A stretch of 64,000 nt of DNA from Mustelus asterias (lineage: Eukaryota): positions 37,696,001 to 37,760,000 of the forward strand of contig NC_135801.1 of assembly GCF_964213995.1 (NCBI RefSeq). Direction: 5' to 3'. The notes under the pieces were generated by a model. That model searched no databases, had not been told where the DNA came from, and saw nothing but the letters and a program-made list of their open reading frames with translations. How positions within the stretch are numbered: position 1 is the stretch's first letter; every line of letters starts with the position of its first letter. Shown here piece after piece: positions 9,693 to 22,975 of the stretch. Made by a program: the position numbers and the translations under genes.

Positions 9693-11492
9693 CAAATGCA
9701 TACTTATTTTAAAACTGCAAATGCATGAATTACTTGTAAAGTTACTCGAGAAGAGGTAATGCTTCGCCCAAATTACTGTATTCTTCATCAGAGTATAGAG
9801 CAAACACCTAGCAACACCTGCCTACTTGCTACCTGCTGCTATTTAATAAAAACCAAAGCAACAAGTTGCAGCAATTAATCATGAGAGACCACCTACAAAC
9901 AATCTAAATTGTAGCATACCAACAGAGTTGATTAATCTGCTACAGTTCACTTGCGTCTTGATAAGTAAAATTGATTGTGACAGATATATACATCACAAAA
10001 GCTAACCAGCCTGCCACTCGCTGTCAATTTTTTAAATAAACCAGATAGTTAGCATGTGAAACTACTACATCAAAAAAAATTAGCAACAGATATCAATTTG
10101 TTTTCGCTGCAATTTTCTTCATATTCAAGTTTCCTCTAAAATTCTTCCAGAAACATTGACCTTTATGATTTTACACAAAGTCAGCACAAAATTCTATAAA
10201 GCAATAAACTTGCCTTCAAAGAAATCCTTTAACATGTTTTCCATAAAAGTCAAAATGAACAACGAAATTAGAATGGAAGCAAGAGTACAATGTAAAATCT
10301 TCCTTTATGATTTCAGTTTGAATTCCTTCCTAGCCCTTTTCAATTTTGTTTTACTTTGGACATCCAACAATGCCCACTATTCTACATTGCAAAAGAGAAC
10401 CAATCTATCTGCACCCCGCTGTCTGCAACTGGCCACCGGTAATAACAAAGTGATTCAATATGACATATTTTACGTGCACACTCCAAAGAGAGATCATTGG
10501 GAAAGCTTAGAATATGGAACAGATTAATTACATAGACTCTGTCCTATAAATGTATACAGATCAGCACTTGCAAGTGAATTGGAGTTCAATATTGTAAAAT
10601 TTACTGTTTAGAAGCTTTTAATTTCATACCACGTGGTATGTCAGAATTCCACCATTGTTGCAAACACTATTTGAACAACAGAAGATTCAGCCATTTGTAA
10701 AAGAAAATTGCTGCACAAGATTTCTGCATGCATCCAGAAACATTGGGTTTTAAAGATCACCCATATAGAGAAAGGAAATTTAATGTAATTGAAATATGTT
10801 TGTGAGATGTACATTGGGAAATTTAACCATTTAAAGGACAAGTTCAGTCTACAATTAAAATCGATTCTGACTAAACTATCGGCCATGGCAGAAGATTTTT
10901 AAAATATAAAAACTGGAAAGCACTAGACTGAGGAAAAACAATTTTAAAAAATGAAAAAGTTGGTAGAAATACCGAAATTGTTGATTACATTTCAAACTAT
11001 AAAATGTTTTTCAAAATACATGTGCAGTAAACAAAGAGGCAAAGACAGAAAGAATTGTGCAATAAGGCGGCTATATGGAGTTGGACATCTAGAAGGATGG
11101 AATGGCAGTTAAGTAGTTACTTTATATATCTTTATCTAGGAAAGAAGGTAAGTTACTAAACCTACTATCAGATTTTCAGGTAGAGCAGAGAAAGGATTGG
11201 ATAATTTGTGAAAAAGAACAAAAATATGCTATTAAAAAGTTAAATACTCTTAGGATAGACAAAAGTACTTGGCCAATTTATAAATCTTAGGACATAGGAT
11301 TAAAATTAACCAGCATTTTTAAGTTAATTAACAAAACATATTTTTAAATGTGAACACAATTATGCCACAAGACTCATAGTAGTAAACATATGCTGCTGTA
11401 ACTGATTTTAATAGATAGATCAAAGTAGAATTCTTTGGAAGGGAAAAAAGCAACAAATTCTAACTTTGTCTTCCACACATTTGACAAACTAC

Positions 11493-11669
11493 CTGTGGCA
11501 AGGTTACTTTAGCAGTAAGCAGACCCGCTTGCACATCAATCAGCCATGAATATTCCAGTGTTGCACTGCCTAGAGGTAGCCCCTCCGCTGAGAACATGGC
11601 ATGGGCTCGTAACTGCAATCCAGACAGGCTGATATGACCTTCACGAAGTAGTCCATCCACGGATGGCCT
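11493..11669 (-). CDS. BLTP1: BLTP1 coding exon (RPSVDGLLREGHISLSGLQLRAHAMFSAEGLPLGSATLEYSWLIDVQAGLLTAKVTLPQ)
   Basis: Acceptor ctttttttcaacag|AGG, donor ACAG|gtagtt; 177 nt, phase 0-0. Confidence 0.95.
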
Positions 11670-12569
11670 CTGTTGAAAAAAAGAGCAACGTCACCACTAT
11701 TTACACAGTGCTGTTAAAATCAAAATCATGAAATGAATTGATGTCATCATCTAGTATATTTTGCACGAATTGAAAAATCAAGTGTTCAAACTATCGTAAC
11801 TTAAGTACTTCAAGCAAATTAAAAATTAATCACACTCTCAAACAAATATAGCAATTCTCAATGTTTCAGTTTTTAAAGCATATTAGGAGCTGAAAAAGTT
11901 TAAGTTAGCAAAAGCAAAAAGGTAATTCTTACACAAACTTACACAATATTCAGTACTCTAAATCAAACTACAAAGGCATAGGGTGATTTTGCCTCAAGCA
12001 GGATATGCAATGACAAACAGAATTTTTGCTTCGTAGAATTTTTAACAGTCTTGTTTGATGTATTTTCAACATGAGATCAGCTAACAATTTCTCCAAGCTG
12101 TCTGAGTAATTTCCTTTGTGTAGGGACAAAGTTAGTCCATGAATGAAAGATATTTCTCCTAATTCAAAGAAAAAAATATTCTACTAATTCAAGGGCTTTC
12201 TTGTAGTTTATTATGCATCTACAATATAAAGGGGGTGATTAAAACTGTATAATCTCTTCAACAATTTGCTCTTTCAATATGAGACTCAGATGTAGCTCCT
12301 AATGGAAATAGAAAGTAATCTAAAGAATTGATGTGCTGTGGAAAGAATAGGCTAAAAATCTATCTGACACATTCTTGATGATTCAGTTGCACTGGAGGTG
12401 GGCAGCACGTAAATTTAGCAGTCCCACTTCATATTTGTAGCTCATGTCCGAGTGGGTTTCTTGCTGCTGGTTTCTCCTGCACCGATGCCAGGTGTCCCTG
12501 CACTCTGCAGGTGGACAACAGCATTGTGCTGAAAGCATGTGGTGCAACAAACCTGTATTCCATGTGTAT

Positions 12570-13445
12570 ATGGTGATGGAATCTATCTGCCATTCTCGTC
12601 TACATGCTACAACTATCTAAGTGTTTTTAAAAGGTATACCATCCTCGTTCCCCTCCCCACCCTCCTCCCAACCCACCTCCCAAGTCCCTCTGTTCCTGCA
12701 TCCCCTTTAAAATTACATCATCTGGTTTATATTGCCTCTCCTCATTATTCTGCCAAAATCAATAAATTTACACTTCACAGTGTTAAACATCACCTGTCTT
12801 GGGTCTGCCATTTCACCAATTTGTCTTTTTCCTTGTGAAGGTTGTTACCATCCCCCTCCCTGTTCATTACATTTTGAAGTTTTGTGACCTCTGCAAACTT
12901 TAAAATTAGGCCCTGTATACCCAAATCCAGGTCCTTAATTTCTGTTGAAGAGCAGAGCTCCTAACACTAAACTCTGGAAGATTGCATTCTGCTCTCCAAT
13001 TCGAAAAATAATAACCACTGTTTTCTGCTTTCTGTCCCTTAGCCAGTTTTTTATACATCTAGCCCTGCCCTTTGAATCCCATAGGTTTCAGCTTTTGTCT
13101 TGAAAATCAACAGCCACAACCAATAACTATGTTCCCCTCAACAATCCTACTTCATCAAAGAACTCAATCAAGTTTGTCAAACATGATTTGCCATTACAAA
13201 TTTGTGTTAGCTGCTAAAAGAATGAATTTCTTTTGAAATGAAAATCTGGAACATGCTGCCAAATAGAATGGCTGAGACAAGTGACGTTGATGTATTTAGG
13301 GAGTGACATGTTGTACACTTGAGAAAGAGATATAACTGGGGCAATGTGGAGACAGCCAGGTAGAGTGTGAGGATGCCCAAGTGGATTATAAATACTGGCC
13401 AGTTGAGCCAAATGGCCTATTTGCAAGCAGTGCATGCTATGTAAT
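12570..13445. mobile_element. Highly decayed CR1 fragments (minus ~12570-13215, plus 3' end ~13215-13445)
   Basis: Residual similarity to RT (tctgcaaactt, aaacatgatttgcc) and CR1 3' UTR (gagccaaatggcct). Confidence 0.5.
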
Positions 13446-14884
13446 TTCATGCTCATATTTATCTGCAACTTTACATAGATGCTTAACGGTTTTCGAAATT
13501 AGTGCTTGTTACTTGAGTCATAAAGGGAGACAAAAGCACATGACTTTCTTCAAAAATGTAGCTGCTCACCTTCATACTTGCCCCCAAAAATTGATAGGTG
13601 ACCATCAAAGTAAAATTGTATCTGATACATCTTGATGGCTTACTGGGCAAGGAATTGCATATAATTTGTAATATGCTGTTGTTTGTAGTTTTGAAACTTA
13701 AGAGTCAAGAATGAGTACAAGAACAATTTTTAAAAAGTAGGGACCAGTTATACACTACTCAGAGTTTATAGTTTCCTCCAAGTTCCCCCCCTTAGATTAT
13801 TTGTTTAGATGATTTTGGCATTCAGCAATTCTTTGCTTTCAGCCTAGTTCCAGAAATATCAAAGTTGAGTTAATGTAAAAAAAAACCTTTCTGGTTAGAC
13901 AGAGAATAGATTGCAGAAACAAACAAGAGAACGCTGGTCTGGCAGCATCAATAGATTGCACAACATGAGCTATACTTCATGTTAGGTTTTGGGATCTAGA
14001 AGACGACAATAAAATCCTTACTTTTATCTTTCGGCCTTTGGCACCAACAGAAATAACCTTGGTGCTGGTACAAGATCAGCCTTCTTTGCCTCCCTCACTT
14101 TCTGTCCTGCCCAATCTATTGCGCCATTCCTCCTTATTATAGAAATATGTTTTTCCCTCAATTTTCTCACACGCTACATACTATATTGTCTATCAAATAC
14201 CAGGACAAGTAATCATCTGGTTTTACCCTTTAAGGAACCACTGAAAAAATGTCTGCTTCACTGCTACAAATCCATTTTCCTCTGTTAACATTGAATATGG
14301 TTGGTAAATGGATCTCAAGTCAGATGATGAAGAATTAAACTAGATTCCAATCCTTTTCTGAATGATAGGTTTATTTACAGAATGCAGCACTACATAGAGT
14401 GCAAAAAAGGCCCTTCAGCCATTGGGTCTGCATCGACAATAACTACCACTAAAGTCGCGCTAATCCCATCATCTATAAAATATCTTATCCTATGTTTACA
14501 AGTCCTTTCTAATGTCCTTCTAATTCATTCATTCCCTCCATCACCATAATCATATGTCTGCCTTCTACCTGTCACCTTCAGTGTTCGAGCCTTCTCCATT
14601 TATATGTGATCCAGGTGTTTAATTAAACAATGCCCCATGTTCATGTACCTTAACAATATAATTAACACACCATTAGCAATGGTCTCACAGTGAACCATAG
14701 CAATTGATAAAAACAGGGAAAAATATATTGCCAAGAAAATTGCCTGTTATTTTCCTTTGGACTATCAGTTCATATCATAATTAGAAGTCTGCTGATTCTC
14801 TCCACAGTGGGAGGTTATTGTTTGTGCTATATTATGGTTTTAATTTACAGATATTAACTTAAGCTTCTTTCAGAAAATAACATT

Positions 14885-15450
14885 ATTTCATGAGATGTGG
14901 GCATCGCTGACCAGGCCAGCATTTATTGCCAAACCCTAATTGCCCCTTAGATAGGATGGTGAGCCGCCTTCTTGAACCGCTGCAGGCTGCATGGTGTAAG
15001 CAGACCTTACTGTGCTGTTAGGGAGTTCCAGGATTTTGACCCATCAACCATAAAGGAACAGTGATATAATTCCAAGTCAGGATGGTGTGCAGATTGAAGG
15101 GCAACATGTGTTCCCATGCATGGTGGTGTTACCATGCATCTGTTACCTTTGTCTTTCTAGGTGGTAGAGGTAATGGGTTTGCAAGGGGCTGTCAAGGTGA
15201 GCTACTGCAGTGCATCTCGTAAATGGTTCACACTGCTGCCCCTGTGCATTGGTGATGGAGGGAATGAACATTTAAGGTGATGGATGGGTTATCCGACAAG
15301 CAGGCCTCTTTGTTCTGAATGGTGCCAAGCTTCTTGAGTGTTGCTAGAGCTGCATTGATCCAGTCAAGTGGAGAGTATTTCATCACACTCCTGACTTGTG
15401 CTTCATAGATGGTGGATAGGCATCAGGGAGCAGGAAGAGAGGTACAGGGA
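14885..15450 (-). mobile_element. Decayed CR1/L2-group LINE 3' end (family B)
   Basis: Shares GATGTGGGCATCGCTG...CATTTATTGCC...CCCTAATTGCCC terminus and body with 39260-40250 and 55785-56200. Confidence 0.7.
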
Positions 15451-15724
15451 TGTAGTACTGAAGTGATTTCTGACATGACATGCAAGTGTCTCGTACTTTG
15501 GAGGACAAAAGTGACTTTGGGCCAATGGTTTCCAAAGCTCTCCACCACTAGAGTAAAAAGGCATAATGATGGGCAAAGGGTAAAACAAAAGGAAATTTTA
15601 AGAAAAATTGATTATTGCCTTAATAACCTGATCAGAATGCCATATGCTGGTTTCTCTTATCTCAAGCCTAACAGGAATTTTCCTTTATGCATTATTTAAT
15701 AAAATTTTCAATTTGTTTTTATAA

Positions 15725-16625
15725 AGATTCAAGCTCACAACGTCGACTCAGTCACGGGTTTCTGCCATGGATCTTCATGTGACTGAACAGGCCACTTCTT
15801 GATCTATAGATTTTTGGGCACATGGGGCAGGACATACCACAAGATAGTGGGATGGGAAATGCAGGATTTGCTTTCTCTTCTTGCCTTCTGTGCTGCCACT
15901 CTGCCTCATCATTAAGGTGTTTGGACTCAAAGTAGGATGCAGCCTGATGAACAAGTTATTACCATTTTGAATGACTGGTAGCAAGCTCCTCCCAGGATTG
16001 GTGACAGGACCTGACAGTGGTGATTCTTTTCGACCATCCGGTCATATTGTCCAGTCATCGCAGTTGATTTTGAAGAAGCTTTGTCTGAATGCTTGCTTTA
16101 AGAACAATAGTGTTTGTGTGACAGTCTGCCCATTGAATCCAGATGATGTGGTGAAGCATTGCTCTTAGGTGTCACTGATATAAAGTCCAGGATCTAACTG
16201 CAGTACAGGAACGTGATAATGTCAACCACTCTGTTTACTGGGACTTTGTTGACTTGCAGAGCACTTTGTTGTCAAATACTGACTGCTGTAGTTTGTAGAA
16301 GCTGTGTTTGCACAGCTGATCCAGTGTTGGATCTCCTTCTCAATGCTGGCCTTTTGAGAGGTGGCTGCCAAGTTATGGGAACATTTCCCAGAATCTCTCC
16401 TTCAACACTTATGTGAGGTGCAGTATTTTTGCTGACCAAGTGTGGGTTGATTTTTGAGTTTTGTTTTGGTAACATTCAAGGACATGCCAAGTCTCTTGTG
16501 TGCAGAATTGAAGAGATCAAGAGTGGCTTGCCAATCTGGTGCAGAATGAACAACAACAATGCAGTCATCTGCAAACTGCAGATCATGTACATGCATCATA
16601 GTCAGTTTAGTGTCAGCAAGGAGGA
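15725..16625 (-). mobile_element. RTE-clade LINE remnant
   Basis: DLQFADDCIVVVHS...QATLDLFNSAHKRLGMSLNVTKTK and ISVEGEILGNV are RTE-type RT motifs; frameshifted. Confidence 0.75.
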
Positions 16626-18281
16626 AACTATGGTTAAAGCGCTTTTCCGCCTAATACTGACACCAAATGGGAGTTCTTTTTTCTGTCAAATCACTAGGAT
16701 GAGTACAAGGATTTTCGATGCAAACAAAAATCTGCCAGTTTTACTAACAGCTAGAGTCACTTTAAATTATATATTCCTTTGGTTTTTCTTTCAACTATTT
16801 AAAAATGAGAGATCTACCAAAAATAAACTATGCAAAAAAAATCCAATTATTAGCATCGAGCCAAATCAGTAAGACAGCTGCAAAACATATAATAAGCTTT
16901 TCAATGGAATGAAGCATGGAAGCATCAGTGTAAAGTGCATAAAACTCTCTCAATTATACTATAAATAATCCAAGCTATAGAAATTTAAATAAGATTGAGA
17001 AAGATAGCTTGTCTATAGCAAGCAGCATTGGATGACTTCACACCATTTAGAATTACTATATGCTCTCCATAGAAGTATAATGTTAAACCCTTAAGCTGGT
17101 ATCACTACATTGCAGCAAATAGACATGAACTTGGAGATAGAGATAGATAAATCTTGAAGGATATATCAAGGAGCAGCAGCAGTTTTCAAGTTCAAATTTG
17201 CCCATCGATAGAACTACGCAAAAACAGTTCAAGATAAAAATAGTCAAAATGCTGTCATTTATCAAATGAAAGTTCTAATTGAGAAGGGATGCAAGCTTTA
17301 TCACTGGACAAATATGCCAATCAAAAGGAGTACAACAATTTTTACTGACAACATCTACTATACAATCTAACGTAATTAAAATATTCTTATAGTTATGTTT
17401 GAATATAATTTGTGGCACCTAAAAAAAGGGAAGCTTTTAACTTTGGCTCATTTCGAAATCATTACAGCAATTATAGCAAATAAAGACCTCACCAGGCTGA
17501 GTATAAATGCAACAATCTCAAATTATTGAAGCAGGACGAGCGAAGAATGCTCTGAAAAACAGCTTGCTATTTACCTGTTATAATATGCCTGATCTAACAT
17601 AATTCATTACAAATTTTATACATTGTGTCACATTGTTTATCCAAGAGAAATAATTACTTCCTTGATAATTGTTGGGGTTTTTTTCATCTGTATAAATTGT
17701 CAGATTGTCAAATGCAACATGCAAAATCTGGGAGGTTTAGAACTTCCACTGTTAACCCTGCCAAAGCTGGTAGAGTCGGGTGGAGAGTTGGCAGGGAAAG
17801 AGATGAATGCCTCTACTAGAATTAGTGAGTCCAGAACATCTCTTTCTTCTGGATACACTGGCCAGCCTCTTAACATTGTGAGTCACCACCTTCTATATCA
17901 ATTCTTGTAAGGAGCTGGCAGAATTGTTGTATTTTACAAGATTGGTATGCAAAACTAAATAAATATTGGGGAATCAGGGTTCCAGCCTATATTCCATCCT
18001 TCTCCCAAAGTTACAACAGAATAGCCAAAGATTTTCAACCTTGATGGTTTTATAACTTATATCTTGATAAATCTTGTGAACAGTAGTGTTGTGTTTTTTA
18101 ATTGCTCAAGTGTTACATACTTAACTATAATGCTACATTTAGCCAGCCTTGCTTTCGCATCTTAACATGAATAGATAAACTAATAGCTGAAGAAAAAAGA
18201 ATGGGTTTTTACATTTTGGATGCCCACAAACATAATAAATTACTGGTACAGATGATATAGGAGCTGTTTTAGGCTTCTTAC

Positions 18282-18419
18282 CGGGTAGTTGTCACTCACA
18301 AAAACATAAACGGGTGACAATATAAGCTGCAACATTGTCTCTTTGTATCCCTTCTTCATTTCAAAACAAAGCCTTTCCAGGAATACTGTGGGACACTCTG
18401 AACCATCACTGCTGCAATG
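18282..18419 (-). CDS. BLTP1: BLTP1 coding exon (HCSSDGSECPTVFLERLCFEMKKGYKETMLQLILSPVYVFVSDNYP)
   Basis: Acceptor tgtttcag|CAT, donor CCCG|gtaaga; 138 nt, phase 0-0. Confidence 0.95.
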
Positions 18420-19034
18420 CTGAAACATATCACATTTGAGATATTTTCTACAGAATAAATCAAGACTATAATTTCTTAAAGATGGACCATTGTAACATTT
18501 GTTGGACTTTATATATTACAGGAGCAAAGTAACATAAACAATCTAGCTTTATAAATCTATAGAAAGAGTTAATATAAACCTTCCATATGATTAAAGATTT
18601 TTTACACAAGATCACATGTGCTATGGAACACAAATTACTAATGAAACTTTGATCTCCAGTTTAGATACTCCAAACACAGAAGTCTATCCGAATAAATGCT
18701 TTCCTTGCATAGCGGAAGAGGTTTTACCATTTGCTTATACAAAGGTTATTCCACCAAATTAATTACTGTATTCCATTATGTGCTTTGCTTTTCCTTCAGA
18801 GGGAGGAAAATAATTAATATAGTTTTTGACAAGGGACAAGGAGAGAGTCAGAGCGAATACCAGATTGCTCCGTCACTCAAAACAGTGCTTTTGTGATACT
18901 CCTCAATGTTTGTGGAAAAGGAGACTGTATGTTCCTGCAAAATTGATAGAACATTGAATACACTGACCTTTTGATTTAAACCAGTATTATTTTACACGCC
19001 TAATTTGCTTGTCAATATTTCACTTTTGATGTTA

Positions 19035-19637
19035 GAACAAAGAACAGTACAGCACAGGAAACAGGCCCTTCAAGCCTGTGTCGCTCATTGGTCCAACTAG
19101 ACCATTCGTTTGTATCCCTCCATTTCCAGACTGCTCATGTGACTATCAGGTAAGTCTTAAATGATGCCAGCGTGTCTGCCTCCACCACCCTACTTGGCAG
19201 CGCATTCCAGGCCCCCACCACTCTGTGTAAAATACGTCCCTCTGATATCTGAGTTATACCTCACCCCTCTCACCTTGAGCCCGTGACCCCTCGTGATCGT
19301 CACCTCCGACCTGGGAAAAAGCTTCCCACTTTCACCCTATCTATACCCTTCATAATTTTGTACACCTCTATTAGGTCTCCCCTCATTCTCCGTCTTTCCA
19401 GGGAGGACAAGCCCAGTTTACCCAATCTCTCCTCATAGCTAAGACCCTCCATACCAGGCAACATCCTGGTAAACCTTCTCTGCACTCTCACTAAAGCCTC
19501 CACATTCTTCTGGTAGTACGGCGACCAGAACTGGACTCAGTATTCCAAATGTGGCCTAACCAGCGTTCTATACAGCTGCAACATCAGACTCCAGCTTTTA
19601 TACTCTATACCCCGTCCTATAAAGGCAAGCATACCAT
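19035..19637 (-). mobile_element. Fairly young 5'-truncated CR1 LINE 3' end
   Basis: VQRRFTRMLPGMEGLSYEERL...RMRGDLIEVYKIM; tail CTGTACTGTTCTTTGTTCTA; possible ATGTT target duplication. Confidence 0.9.
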
Positions 19638-20249
19638 ACCATGTTCTCTCATAATCAACTACAATTTCCTTGAATGTGTAAAGCTGAGTTAAGTGCATTA
19701 AAAGGTTAAATATAATATATGGTTAGATGTGGTCAATTTAACTCACATCACATATGCATATTTTGCGTACAAGTGAAACCATTCCAGTGATAATAGCTAT
19801 ATCAGATAAATAGGCTGAATTTTGCTGATTCTTCTTTCATTCTTATACAGTACAGATCAATACACTGGAAATAAAAGTTTTAAGAGATACTAAGCAATTA
19901 CACTATTTAGCATGTAATGTGCTGCCATTACCCAATCTCAAGTTCTGCATTCAATACAAAACCATACACAGGGCATTTTAATTTATTGCATTATGTTTGT
20001 TACTTTTCTATTCATAAAATATCTGTTCCAAATATTATACATGCTATGACAAACAAAGCAGATTTGAGCACGTTATAAATGCAATAAAGATGACTCAGAT
20101 TAGATCATAAGCCATGTAAATGAATGTTGAGCAGTTCAGTTAAATCAACCTGACCTAGCGATAGGTCGCTGCTTTAAGCTGTATATGGGGCAAGCTACTA
20201 CTGCAATGTTCAGTGAAATAACATCTGGCATCACTATATTTCACATCAA

Positions 20250-20348
20250 GGTAGGTTAGCTCAGGACTGGATGGCTGTGTTTGTGATCATCAGATTAAAT
20301 CACCACCAGCCTATGGTCATCTGGGACTTTGACGACTTTACCTTTATT
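20250..20348 (+). mobile_element. Internally deleted tRNA-SINE related to 6980-7192
   Basis: GGTTAGCTCAG head joined to TTAAATCACCACCAG-CCTATGGTCATCTGGGACT tail. Confidence 0.65.
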
Positions 20349-20849
20349 TCATATCACATGGCATATCACTGCATCTCAAATCACAGTTCACATGAAGGGG
20401 TATAAAATTATACATCCGTTGTCTCTTATAACTACTTGGTCCAGGGGAAGGAAACCATCCTGAAAATGGAATGTTAACACTCCTAGAATTCCACTTACAT
20501 ATATTACATAGAAAGCAAATTTCAGGATATATTTCACAAAACAAACATTTCTACGTTTAATTTATGTGATAAACCCACATGAACTTCACTGCTTTTGACT
20601 ATTACATTAGCTCAACCTTAGTGTGTCACTACTTAGTGGCACATAGCAGTCGATATGTTATATATGCAATGCATTCCAACCCATATCGATCTTTTATTTA
20701 TTATACAGACTTGATAACATACTGTTTTAAAGAAAATATGTACCGCAATTAATAAGATGGTTTCAACAACAGCGATACAAACTGAAGATTCAATGAAAGT
20801 TTGCTTTAAGGCACAAAGTAAACATCGCTCCTGTTCCAATTCAACTCAC

Positions 20850-21080
20850 CACTGGAAGTCTTCCATGCACTTTGTACAAATTAATAAAAACAGAGATATC
20901 CCATGGGCGAAGTGTAAGTGGATGAACGTGCTTGCCCCCACTCTCGACTTCCTTCTTTTCACTTTCTTCAACTCCAACTGCTGGCCATCCAGAACTAGAA
21001 GATGTTGACAAAGACAGCACAGGGCTTGTGGCCACTTCTTCAAAATCAGTATACATGTCATCTTCCCCAAAGTAGTTTTC
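20850..21080 (-). CDS. BLTP1: BLTP1 coding exon (ENYFGEDDMYTDFEEV...HPLTLRPWDISVFINLYKVHGRLPV)
   Basis: Acceptor ttatcttaaaag|GAA, donor AGTG|gtgagt; 231 nt, phase 0-0. Confidence 0.95.
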
Positions 21081-21374
21081 CTTTTAAGATAACAGGACAT
21101 ATTAAACCTATCAGTAAAGTACAACCAGTTACACTTAGCAGAATCAAGGGTAACTTTCCAGCAACTGCTCAATAGCTTAATATTTACAACTATATATTGT
21201 CTTAAGTAGTCTCAAATAGTGCAGTTTTGTTACTAGGTAGCTAAAAAATTACTACCAATTTATTAATTTTAAATGCTACTTAATCCCATCATAAATTATT
21301 TGGGAACCATGTGCAAAGATTTTTTGTAACTGTCTGCATAGTTACTGGCTAGGTGAATCAATGAAAGGAAATGG

Positions 21375-21555
21375 AAAGTGCTGGAAACACTCAGCAAGTC
21401 TGACAGCAAATATGGAGAGAAAAATAAAGTTAAGATTTAAAGTCAAATATGACTGTGTACTGGGCTTGAAACATTACTGTTTCTCTCTCCACAGATGCTG
21501 CCAGACCTATTGAATATTTTCAGACTTCCAGCATCCGCAGTACTTTCCTATTATT
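21375..21555. repeat. Imperfect palindrome of two inverted copies of a Penelope-like terminus
   Basis: Left arm CTGGAAACACTCAGCAAGTCTGACAGCAAATATGGAGAGA is complementary to right arm TCTCTCCACAGATGCTGCCAGACCTATTGAATATTTTCAG. Confidence 0.7.
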
Positions 21556-22685
21556 GACTCAATGAAATGGCTGAACCCCAGCCTCTAGAACTTTAAGCTT
21601 AGGTTTTGGTCTCCCTCCACCTTGGAACATGCTCCTCCTATCGATGGTCAAGAACATGTTCTTCTGGATCCAGGCCATGGACTCCAGGGCCTTCCGACCT
21701 GCCTGATGGGCATGAGTACAACAGCGAAGGAGAACGCTGTGAGGAAGATGGTGCTGACTACAGCCCCACTACACAGACAGCTGTGACAAGCTCTGCAGGA
21801 AGGAGGAGGCTGAGGCAGAGAAGCTATTCAGAAAAGGACAAACAAACGTGACCAGTAAAAAAATTAACACAATCTGCTTGTTTTAAGGGATCACACGTAT
21901 TAACATGAGTGAGCACAGGCGAACTCAAATTTGCAAAAATATGCCAACTATATCTTGGGCATGCATATTGTAGTTTCATTTTAAGCAATTAGGAAAAACA
22001 AAAATCCTGTTTATTTTGGTTCTTTACCACATCACTGAAAATGCAGAAGATTTATTTACATTAGGCCAACTCTTCAAGTCTCTGATCATTAGAGACTGGA
22101 CATACAACTGAAGATCTGAGTCAGGACCCTGTGGAAGTAGTGATCTACGGACCCATGTGGAAATTGCCTGGGAAGTTTAAATTTGATGGGCAATTCACCT
22201 GCTATGAGGGACCCTCTGTGAATGTCTCCATCTCTAAGCTAGAGTTGGAGACTTTGGAGAGATCCATGGGACTTACCTTGATAGTTACCCAGAAAATATT
22301 AGACAGATTAAAACCTGGTCTAATACCCAGGTAGCTCCACAACCAAGCCTCCCAATCACTCCCACTGATCACCTGACAACACCCTGACCCAACTGACTGA
22401 CTGAACCAGCCCCTCCCAACTATCCGTCTACCATCCCTGACCACCAAACGACTCCCTGACTCACTCACCCAACTCCCCATTCACTAACTTTCATAAAGAC
22501 TGGACTTTTAAACCAAAAGTTAGCGCAGTAAAAAGGGATGTTTCCCGTCTTCCCCTAACTCTACTTGACTCTGATAATGTTCCCATGGGGACGCTCTGCT
22601 CAGCATTTCCCTGACAACCAGGATCAGGCCTGGAGAATCATCATGCGCAGCAACTCTGCATTCAGCATTGCAGTGCTCAGACTCA

Positions 22686-22975
22686 GAGTCATAGAATCCC
22701 TACAGTGCAGAAGCAGCCCATCAAGTCTGCACCAACCACAATCCCACCCAGGCCCTATTCCCATAACCCCACATATTTACCCTGCTAATCCTCTGACATT
22801 AGGGTCAATTTAGCATGGCCAAATCAACATCTGTGGGAGAAAACTGGAGCACCTGGAGGAAACCCAGCAGACACGGGGAGAATGTGCAAACTTCACACAG
22901 ACGGTTACCCGAGGCTGGAATTGAACTCTGGTTCCTGGCGCTATAAGGCAGCAATGCTAACCACTGTGCTGCCCC
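22686..22975 (-). mobile_element. HE1-like V-SINE, CR1-type tail
   Basis: GGGGCAGCACAGTGGTTAGCA head, TTTGCACATTCTCCCCGTGTCTGC core. Confidence 0.85.
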
